Below the pieces are notes generated by a model. That model made no database searches. It had not been told where the DNA came from and saw nothing but the letters and a program-made list of their open reading frames with translations. Made by a program: the position numbers and the translations under genes. Shown one piece after another: positions 52,479 through 64,000 of a DNA stretch of 64,000 bases (position 1 is its first letter; each line of letters begins with the position of its first letter). The stretch spans positions 261,980,525-262,044,524 of the forward strand of contig NC_085841.1 in the NCBI RefSeq assembly GCF_035594765.1. Reading direction: 5' to 3'. The DNA is from Anolis carolinensis (Eukaryota).

Positions 52479-55400
52479 TAGTCACAGCAACAACGAATAT
52501 TTAATTAATCCGTTGCTAAGGCACACCATATGGATTGATTACACGCTAAAAAAAACCTTTCAGCCAGTGTAAAAAACAAAGATGGAAATCAATGCACTGC
52601 AAGAATTTTCTATCATGTGGGGGGAAAAGTGGTATTTCAAGAATTTTGGCATTTATTCCTGTAGAATTTCTGATGAACATGTTGTAATCATGGTACTATG
52701 AATATCCAGGCTTGGAGAATCATAAATCTGGATGCCGACTAATTCTACTTTCATGAATATCCCATATTTTTAATAAATCTTTTTCTGAAGAAAATTACAC
52801 AGCAGATGCAAAAAAAATTTCAAGGTCTACTTTGACCAGTCATTTGAGTGTTAACAACCTAACTGTTTTCTCCCTTCATATTAAAGATCTTTTGAGATAT
52901 CTAACTTCCTTTATTTCCATAGTGGCAGTGAAATGACTGCTCTTGGTGCAGTTCACTAAGGGTTAAGTAAGCAGAGACAGTCCCAAGGTAAAACTTTCAG
53001 CTTGTATTGAGGGTCTTAGTATAAACATTTGTCTCTTCCAGATCAGTCTTTGATATATAAGCAAGCTGATCTTTCATCTTTTGAGATCTTGGAGAACTTA
53101 CTCATTTTTATAAAACTAAGAATAATATAGAAAGGTTTTTTAAACGCTGTCAATATTTTTAAAGCACAGAGATGCTGATTTTAAATGCAGGTACACATGT
53201 CCATCATTTTTCTTACATTACATATAATCCTTAATTACTATTCAAATGGTTTAAGATGAAGGAAGGTAATCTTTTACTTGGTTTAGTTGGTTAAAGTAAT
53301 ACTTCAGTTAGAACACATATGAATAAGCTATTTCTGTCATTATCAAGTTCAGATTTAGTCCCAAGAAAAAATTTAATGTTTTGAACTCATTAAGTCAACA
53401 TTTTAAAATGATGATTGGAAAATACTTACCAATCTACATATGTCAGCTGAATCCACTTTAAATTAGACATTACACAGTTAATATGACTACAGTTTGCTTT
53501 TTTCAAAATTTCTGGAAGACACAAATGTCAGTCTATACTGTTAAATGTAAATTGTTTAAGTTGGCTTAAGATACTATGAAGAAAGGGCTTGGGGACCTAT
53601 ATTATGGCTTTTATTTTAAGCCGCTGTCTGAATGTATGATATGAAGGCATGGTGAGAGTTGAGTTTTTAAAAAGGGACATCTATGTCCTTTTGAAGGATT
53701 AAGGTTCAAACTAAATACCAGTGAGCTTGAAAAGCAAATGCCATGCTGTACTTCAGTTTCTTTTTAACTCTGAAAAACTGAAAGCATGTGTATCTGCAGC
53801 TGCAAGGAAGTCCTTTTTTGCATATAGATTCTCTAAAGTGGATGTTAGCCCCTCTGCTTATCTTGAAAAGACTTGTGAAAAAACATACTATTTAGTGTCT
53901 AAACCCTAAAGACAACTATCCATTTAAACAGGTTGAATTTTGGTTTGAAATACTGTAGAACTTCTGTTGTACATTTAATCTAAAATTTGCAGGAGGATGC
54001 ATTCACTATATAAAGTAATGCTGAATTGTTACAGACGACCGCTATTGTCCAAATAATAGAGCTCTGAGAATAACCTCTCATACCCCATTTCTGATACTGA
54101 AAAATTTAAATCTGTTCTTACTAACAGATAAAACAAATTATTGCATAAAATATGAAGCATTTTTGATTACTTTATGTTCTTTTTGACTCTGCCATTTCAG
54201 TTGTATAGAGAATGAGATTAGGAGTATTGACAGCAGTTCTGTGGTATCGCTTGTAATTGAAAAAAAAAATGCATGGAATCATTTAATTGTAATTTTCAAT
54301 TACTGATGTAAATCTTGCTCTTAAAGTCTTTTAGCAAGGAATAATTGCAAATGCCTTTTATTGGCAAATAGCCTGATAGCAGAAATCCTGTTAAGGGGAC
54401 ACTTGTTTTGTTGGGTGGCATTAAGGGTCATCTGAGGGTAATGTACCATTTTAGTTGTATGTGCATGTGTTCTCTGCTGCAGGCTTGTCCATGCGATCGT
54501 GCCTAGAGCACTCTGGTTTCCAGGTGACAGACACGATTCACGGTATAGTATGAGATCTCTGAAGTTGGAGCATTCTCTCTGGGTTTAATTTTTTTGTGGT
54601 TCCGAGTGTGCCGTTATGAAAATATTTGCCTTGTAATTAAAAAAACATATCTGAACTGTTAAATGAGAGTTAAATGAATGCCAGAATAGTGCATTAAACA
54701 CAGTTCTTCCAGTTGCTCCTTTTAAAGAATGGTAATTTAATCAGAAGTAAAAGGGATTAAGTAAAAGGGGTTGGGTTTTGTATGACTTATAAAACGACTT
54801 ATTGTCTCTTACCTGATGTGATATTCACAATTACCAGTCGATTCCTATATAAAACAGTCTTTACATTGCATCATCTGTAAACATGTTTTAGGAGTAGAAT
54901 ATAAAAGTGGATAACAAATTCCCAGAGGCAAGATTCATCTGTTTGCAAAAGTTAGATGTGTCAGCCACGTCAGAAGTTTTGTGGAGAGAAGTGGACTCTA
55001 AAGGATAATAAGCACACCAAATACTGATTGACTTTCCCAGAAAATTACTACATCTCTGCCAGATTGCTGTTAAAGTTTCTCCTTTGGTCTTAATATACAA
55101 ATATGGGAAGTATAGCATTGATGGCCTAGATCTCAGGCTCCACATAAGATTTGACTTCTTTTCTTATCCATTGATACAAAAAACAAGGGTGGGAATTGTT
55201 GATATATGAAACCCTTATCTCAAAATAACCAGCTTTATAATTTGACTATGTTGTGTACTCTTCTCATTTGTATCATCACTGAATTACATTTTTGTCTTCT
55301 AATTGCTCTTCATTAATGGTAAACTAAACATAATTACTCAGCTTGAAGTTCAGCAACATGTGGTAATTAATAATATATCAGTAGATAGTTTGGGCTGCTG

Positions 55401-57562
55401 AATTACCCCTGCAACTAATTTTCATTTTTATAGTCTTAGTGTGCTACCAAATTATTTGGTACTATAATAGCAACAGTGCTATTTCCTGCATCTGTATTTT
55501 CTACATAACCACACTTTGTTTTATTATTTATTTCAACATCAACATTTATAGAGACCAGCTTTCTGCATGTGTCTCTCTTAATAACATACAATGAGGTTTG
55601 ACAACTTGATTTTTACAAACTTGCAGACTTGTTAAATAAATACTTGCTTGTTTCTAACAGTTACAATAGCCTTTCCCTACAACATAGTTCCCTATTACTT
55701 TTGTTCTTAATAAGGATACAATACTTTTTCTGTAATCACCTTGGAAGTTGGCCATACTCTGCACAATAAGAGTCCTGTTATAAAAAGTCAGCGAGTGGGT
55801 TGCTACCTAAGCAGGTATTTGAAATGTGAGCATATTGGTCTAGTGAGTTTTGCTTAAGGAATTCTTGAAGCAAACTTTCAGCAATATCTCTTTATTAATA
55901 TTAGCATTAACAACTAAAGCTACCTGTGCACTCTTGATGAATTGCCTACATTTTCTTGGTTATACAGTGCATAAAACTAAATCAAAGTGATTATTTTGGA
56001 ATAGTTGAATCTCAAATGGAGTTGTTTAGAAACAGTCGCATTCATGTAATATCCCTTCTCCAAGTTAATTGGGACAAAAAGAGAGAAGTAAGCATATACA
56101 GTTTCTCTTTTGTGAAAATATTTAGATAGTTTCCTTCACTTTCCTCTTGACAGAAAATCCAATTGGTGCAATGATTTTTAAGGCACCTAATTGAAAATTA
56201 CCACAAAATATTGGTCAGTCTTCAGTACTTTTGTTTTCCTAATAAATAAAGTAGTTCCTGTTAAAGACCTGGGTAAAACCTCTCTAATCCAATTTGCTTC
56301 TGATAGATTATACCATCTTATGGGAGCATGAAACAAAATTATTCTGAATGATGTGCATCTTTGACTGCTGTTCAAGGAGTAGTCAGTGAGAGAGAATAGT
56401 GTCAGTGATAAAAATGTTTTTGTGTAGCATCACTAATATGTAGTTGTAAACATGTCTTTGTGAATATTCAAGAAAATCTATGCTTTTGTTGAAATGTAAT
56501 TTTGCAGTAGTATTTACATATTTTTGTGAATTTTAATGGAAAGAATTGCTACTATAATATGGAAAATTTGTTATTTCAAGTGGAAACAAGTAAGTTGAGA
56601 GAAATTCTATAGTGCTTGATAACTAGTGCTTGATATTTTTCAGTTGGCCTTTGTATCAAAATGTTAAAGCAAAACATTATTCTTGCTTCCATTATCTTCA
56701 GTGTTAGTAATTTTAACCAAAGGCTTCCTTTAGGGGCCTCTCAACATAGTTTGGTTTTAAGCAATGTGTTGTTACAGAAGTAAGCATTATAGTAGCCTTA
56801 ATATATTGCCGCTGAACAAAACTGGAAGACATTTTTGTTTCATAGCTTTGAAATCCTTAATGGACTACAAAGCTTGTATCTCTGCTGCATTTTGTAGGTG
56901 TAAATATAGTAAAAGTATGTGCCATTGAGCTTAATATTTAAAGCAGAACTTGGAACCTTTGAAATACTTTGAGGTGAATATTTAAAAAAGCACACTGCAA
57001 TCCTCTAAATATGGAACTGATTATGTTTTGTTTTTGCTTATTTTCCTTTGATAAGTGATTTAAGTTTTATCACAAAATGGCTTACACTATTGCTGTTACA
57101 GATCTTTTTTAAAGATTTGATACAATATTATTAAACCAGATTTTCTATATTACATGCTTCCACTATGTTGGTGTCTTGCTGATTTTATATCTCTATAAAA
57201 AAGCTGGTTTATACTAAAACTTCATTTTTCTGTCCCAAATCTGGGTGCTTCTGTGTTCAATAGATGTTTAGTTCCTACCTGCTGCAGCCATGCAGGTAAG
57301 GCCATCTCAGGCTTGAGATCTTGGTTCTGTCATTATAGGCAAGAATATTGATTCAATGGCACATACTTTTTAAAACATTTGAAATTATGTCTTTTTTGGA
57401 ATGAGAAAAAAGTTGTGTTGAAATGTCTGGCACTTTCAGATCAATGTCCAGTAAATAGTTCTATGTACAGTTGGCTTTTCTAACTCCTTATTGCGGTGTC
57501 TGCAAGATGGTGATGTTGGTCTTCAACTTCTCATTGTAAATACTGATTTTTCTCATTCATAG

Positions 57563-57616
57563 AGGTCCTGTAACAAAGGAGGATCTGGACAGGCTCAAAA
57601 GGAAAATGATTTACAA
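57563..57616 (+). CDS. CHKA: CHKA exon 3, the 54-nt alternatively spliced exon separating long and short CK-alpha isoforms
   Basis: RSCNKGGSGQAQKENDLQ, homologous to the mammalian 18-aa insert RSCNKEGSEQAQKENEFQ; phase 0-0; |GTAAGT donor. Confidence 0.95.
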
Positions 57617-58417
57617 GTAAGTATTATTGTTTTAAACATTCTTCATCAGGCACGCAATATATGTGCAGTTGATATCTTGATAGGTAATCACAATACTAAA
57701 AAATGCTTGAAGTCAGATTACCGTAATACCTATTATGCCAACAAGGGTAATTGAGCAGTTTGGTTCTGTCTAAGTCCCTCCTGGGAAAGTTTCTCTTGGC
57801 TAATATGTTCCCAAGCCTGTTTCTTATTAACTTCAACGTGATACTCATTTCTCCAAATCAGGAGTATCAGATTAAATATAACTCCTTTCTATCAGCTTCT
57901 CAAAGCATGCATACCTTTCCATCTGGAATGCAGAAGGACATTTCCTACATTTCCTTGAAGTTGTGGCTGGTGTTAATTCTTGTAATGGGGTTAACATCCG
58001 AGTTTCTTGCAAGGTCTGATCCCTTTGTTTCTTTCTTATGTGGAATGTACATAAGTAATTTGGAGGTTATGGTTCTGTGAGCAAGTACAATCATAGTGCA
58101 AATGCCTGGGAGAGAAGTACAGTTCGTTGCCCAAATTGTAATATAGTTGCCCAAATTGTAATATAGTTGCCCAGGCTATAGCTAATTAGGCCTGTTGAAA
58201 TCATCGGGGGATTTGAATAATGTGTTAAGTCTCATTGATGTAGCTCATTAAGTTGTGATTCTTTGTTAGAAGTGAGCCTATGTGGGTTTTTTGTAGTGTT
58301 GCTTTGTGGGATGTTCAGGTAAAAGCTAGAAACAGTCAGTGGTGTTCCCATTTGAAGTGATTCTTAATCTATCATGTAGAGCCATAGTCGCATTTGAAGT
58401 CACCCTATTTTGTAGTC

Positions 58418-58721
58418 CAGGGGTTCTCAAACTTTTAAAGCTGTGGAGCCCTTTTTAAAAATAAAAGTTTATCATGGATCCCCAATAAACTTTTGGTCAT
58501 AGGGGCCACATTGTATTTTAAAATTTGACAGACAGGCTGTGCCAGAGGCAGATGGATGGAGAATGTTTGTCAGAACTAGTTGGAAAAAAAACATGAACAA
58601 ATTTCTATGCACACATCTTGTTTGTAGTGTGAAAGAAAGAAATACAAGGGGACCCACTGAGCCCCTGACTGTGCTTCACGGAGTCCTAAGAGTTCCACAA
58701 AACACAGTTTGAGAACTGCTG
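58418..58721. mobile_element. hAT MITE
   Basis: TIR CAGGGGTTCTCAAACT / AGTTTGAGAACTGCTG; TSD TTGTAGTC/TTGTAGAC. Confidence 0.8.
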
Positions 58722-60923
58722 TTGTAGACTAAAGTAATCTACCAAATCCTGGGATTTGTTGGGACACTACTGCTCTTTGGCAGAGGCGGTGAAAGACTTG
58801 GTAAAACTATAATTCCCAGGATCCCACTGCATGGAGCCAAAGGCAGTTCAAGCAGTGTCCAGCCACACGAATTTGACAGTGTAGAGGGAGAAAAGGAAGC
58901 GTGCCAGCTCTTTGCTTTTGCCTGAAGAGAAGTTGGGTGGCAGCGGCGCCTAAGCCTCATGCCCCATTCCTTTCTCGGCTCGCAGACTCTCTGCCCTTGG
59001 AAGAAATTACCCACTGAAGGCAGGAGCTTCCCCGGACCCTGCGTTGGGGTGTTGTGCTTTTTCAGCCTCTCCAAGACCACGCTTGCCTTTCAAGGGCCAA
59101 GTTGTCGCTTCACCTGGAGAGGAGAGGAAAGGAGGTCCTTGATGTCCACCCTGCTAGCAGCACAAGTTCCGCTGGCTGCAAGGAGGAGACAACCGCTCTG
59201 AACAAGCCAAGCCTCCTCAGCTCCTTCTGAGGCAGCGGCTCACATGTACGCGGGTGCATGCCCGGGGCCTGAAGGGCAAGGAAAAAGGCAATCTGTATTT
59301 TCTTGGAGCTGTCCCCCCTCCCCCAGAAAACCCACCAGGAAGGAGGAATTTATGGCCCTCCAGATGTTCTTAAACTACATCTGCTCCTGTGTGGGTCTTA
59401 TGAGGTCCCGCCATGTGTTTTGCCTCCCATGACATCCTACATTGCCTCGCAAATGAGCTGGGCGGGAGAAGGGCTTTCTTCCCATTTCCCCTGCTGACTC
59501 CCTGACTCTCAGTCCAGCTCGGAAGTTTCAGCACCTGGTGTATAAGCCAACCCCCAACATTTTCCTGGGTTAAAAAGTCATCTTATATGCCGTAAATATA
59601 GATTGAATTCCTACTGGAATGTCATCAGTATCTCTCATGTAGTAGAGAGATTTTGGAAATAAGAGGTAAGGAATCACTGTTACTGTTACTCAGAGAGAAA
59701 AATTTCTGAGGGGGAGAGGTTGCATCAGAATTATACCATCAGAAACAGCTAGTAGTGACCTCCATACTGAGTGAGGTTAGGGGTGCAGGACCGCTGCAAA
59801 AATGGAAAAATAAATTTAAAAAACAATGTTTTTACTTAGGGAAGTTGGCTGTAGAATAGTGCTGAAAAACCTATAGATTCGTAGAGGCATGTTCTCATGT
59901 TAATCAAATCCATGAATAATCAAATCCACGAAAGTCAAACACACAAATGTGGAGGGTCTAATGAACTATGCAATCTCATAACGCAAACACAAGATTCGTC
60001 TTCAGAACAGTAGCATGATCATAGGTACTCAAATGGTTTTACAGTAGCCCATTTTATTCCAAGAACTTGTATATTCCTCCTTCACACATGTTTGTGTTTT
60101 CTGTAAGTCATCTTGTTTTTCCTACATAAAATTAGTTACAGACCTTGAGCCAGTAGAAATTGCTTGTAGATGCCAAAGTAAAACAGAAGGAATAATCTTG
60201 AAATCTCCATTTAAAATGAGACTAATAACACTGAAGTTAAAGATTAACACAGTTAATCTTGGATTGCCTAAAGCATGTTCTTCAACCAATTTGAGTCAGT
60301 AATAAGTAATTACAAAGGCACTGATGTTGTGTCCTTCTTTCATTTTCTCCTATGCTTATAAGCACAATGTAATGTCTGCTACCAGGTAACAAATGATGAA
60401 GAATATAGCCTGGATTCTAGCCTTACTTCCCTTTGCTCTGTTTGCTGCAGTGTTTTTGTCAGTAATATTGCACACAGTCCCAAAAGTGGAGTATACTGTG
60501 AGTTCGTCTAGAAGTTTGGATACCTAGAGTTGTATTTTAAAAGGCCATTTTTTCTCATGTTGATTAACTTACAGTATGGAGAGCATGTTTACTTACGTTG
60601 GTTATGGGTTCAAATGTAAAAACTGAATAGCCCACAAATAGGATTTTTCATTATTTCATAATTTCCAAGGAAATTGGTGCAGGTATATCATAGAAATTGC
60701 TACTGGAACTTAACAGTCTTGTCTGTTGAATGCCACCTTCAGAAAGATAATGAACAAGCTTTCAAGGAGACAATAACTATGGTGTCTTGGTAGTTTAATA
60801 GCATAAGATTATGTAACTGATTCTAGCAACCTGACTATTTTTATTTAGAAATGTAAAATGTATTACTATGTTATATATTAAAAATTATATGTGTCCCAGT
60901 CTCATGTTTCTTGTTCTCTTTAG

Positions 60924-61052
<129 letters not shown>

Positions 61053-61714
61053 TAGTGTGGCAATGGTAGTTGTAACCGCTCTCTGTGCAGATTACAAAAA
61101 AAAATTACAGATGTGCAAATAAAGTATGTGCCAATGTGTAGCAATAGCATTCTGTAACTTCATTTTATGGTTTGATTTGATTATATGGTAATTATTCTTG
61201 GATTAAAAAATTTCACGGTACTAACTCTAATTCAGATATTCAGAAACTACAACGTGTGAGCTGCATGCACCCACAGCTTTGACTCCTTTCAGGACATCTT
61301 ACAAACTCCCATATCCCAAAAGGATTCTTTTAAAAATTCAGAAGTTATTTACCTCCCACCAAGATTGCTTAACGGCAAACATGACTGCATCGCTATGACC
61401 CCCACCCCCCCCCAAAAGCCTGAATTGTCTGAAAATGAAACACATCATTTTCTGTTTCCATTTGAAGGAGTAGTACAGGCATCTGGAAGTGTGTGGGTTA
61501 AAAATATTCCCCATCCCAAGCACTGTTCCCCAATTGGAGTTAATAGAATGAACCATGGTGTATTCTGCCCAGTAGAGGAAAATCTCGCTTTTAAGGTGGC
61601 AAATTATAGCATTAAAACAAAGTCAGTGTAAATTGCTTCAGTCACAAGAATCCTGCTGTTTTGACAATGAATCTGATGGTTTGAATTTTTGTATAATACT
61701 GTATAATCTTATGA

Positions 61715-61879
<165 letters not shown>

Positions 61880-61928
61880 TAAGTAAACTGATTTTTTTCC
61901 TCTTCAGGATATTTTGGAGTGGTTGTAA

Positions 61929-62111
<183 letters not shown>

Positions 62112-63006
62112 TAACAATTTACCTGACTTAGATTCAAAATGTTATTATGGGATGAATAGTAGGTATTTTCGAATATAAATCTGAAAGTAAAAATCCTATA
62201 TGGATTTTCTTTATCTGTATTTTAATATGAACTCTTACAAATAGTTGTATATTTAGATAAAAGTACCTATGGACATTCAAGGATATGCTTGAGTTGCAGA
62301 TGATCAACAATTTCTCACTGTTAAGTTGGGAAAAATATAGTACTAAGCAACATGTAGAGATTCCAAAGGAATTCCTGTCCCTTTGAGAATTCAGGATTAC
62401 TTAGGATATTTCAGATTGGTTTTGCAGCATGCTTTATGTATAGAACAGAGATGGGTTACTGTGTGACTTTGAGGATCAATTTTTTTGCCCCAGGACTTTT
62501 CAGGGGCCATACAGAACACCCAGATTGCAACAGAAATCATGTTTATTTCCAGATAAAATAGTATGTTTTGATATTAAACAGTTTTATAACCCATTTAAAA
62601 GCTTTTGTCAGCTTGCAAGAGAAGGTAACCATTGGGTTTTGGCCAGAAAAAAAGGTGTGGAGGGATTGCAAGCAGAAAAACAGCCTTGGAGATTTGTGTG
62701 TTTGCCTGCTCCTGCTGTAAAGCCTCTTGCCCATTTGGATCCATTGAAGCACCCAGTTTTAATTTGCCCCCACACTATAGTGGTTACAGAACTCTCAACC
62801 AACTTGTCTATAAAGAGAGAAATATAAAAACAGAATAATGGAGGTTCTCAAAGAAAAGGTGTTTTGGCCTACAACTCCCAGAAATCCCAGCCAGTTTACC
62901 AGCTGTTAGGATTTTTTGATTTCACTTTCAGTGAAATCCTTTTTATTGCTTGATTCTGTTTCGAAGAATGAAAACTGATGAAATTGCTATTTGGTTCAAT
63001 CCTTAA

Positions 63007-63129
<123 letters not shown>

Positions 63130-63577
63130 TAAGAATGAAAGGTAGTGTCTTACAAAGTATAACCATTGGTGTGAATGAGGACGTTTCTAGTTTAAAGTAG
63201 ACTGCAGTTCATAATTTATGGTAGGCCTCCCAAAGAAGAATGGGGAGGATCTTAATGCTGCAGTGCACAGGGTTGCAGAGTTATTGCAGAAACCCATGTC
63301 ATATCTTCATTCATGTTGTATATCAAGATCAAGAGGAAAATAATTTGGATTTTATCAGAATCATCATTGTAACCCTGCTCAACCTTTAATCAAAGGCATC
63401 ATCACATCATTGTTGCTTTCCCTGGAGTGTTTGTAGTAAACAAATCCTCCCTGCATGCAACCCATTTCATGTCATGGTGGTTGTTTTTATGATAATGGAT
63501 ACTTTGGAGTCCATAATAATATTTGGGACTCATTAGTGTCGTGACCTAATGCGTACTTACTGAAATGTCACCCATGA

Positions 63578-63721
<144 letters not shown>

Positions 63722-64000
63722 TAAATGCTCAGCCTTTCTGCTGGCTTTAAATCAGGAGAAATGTAAGATTAGTGAACATTTAATTTTTCTTAATTGCATC
63801 TCTTATATTTATTTCTGCCTTTTTTGAGTCATTAGTGTTTGCCCAAGTCTGGTAAAATAGTGGATCAACTCAATATCTGTGTGTAATGTTTGAAGACAGA
63901 CTACTTCATTAAATATTGGAAAGGAGTATAAGGTGGGAAGAATGGGTCTCTTCACTTGTACATGTAATATATGCAGAAACTAAAAATTAGCCTGCTGGTG

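Overview
Vertebrate (squamate, very likely Anolis lizard) genomic DNA, judged from Sauria SINEs, Penelope-like elements, CR1/RTE-BovB/Vingi/L2 LINE fragments and many hAT, Tc1/mariner-pogo and PIF/Harbinger MITEs. Positions ~1-41.6 kb are TE-dense intergenic sequence with no host coding exon I can recognise. From ~41.7 kb there is a CpG-island promoter and the first 8 coding exons of choline kinase alpha (CHKA, + strand; ATG 42296, exon 8 ends 63720). All introns are GT-AG with consistent phases, and the gene continues past the window. Nearly all ORF-track entries are spurious or TE-derived. I found no clearly new protein-coding system. The best leads are: (1) candidate unannotated cassette/poison micro-exons in a ~5 kb stretch of CHKA intron 2 with no recognisable TEs, suggesting splicing/NMD control of choline kinase; (2) minimal hammerhead ribozyme motifs in Penelope repeats, only antisense inside the gene; (3) a composite hAT element carrying pieces of three other TE families; (4) a Penelope subfamily with a shared ~40 bp 3' extension; (5) a second CpG-rich element ~3 kb upstream of CHKA. 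TE family names are from recalled consensus patterns and need RepeatMasker/Dfam confirmation.
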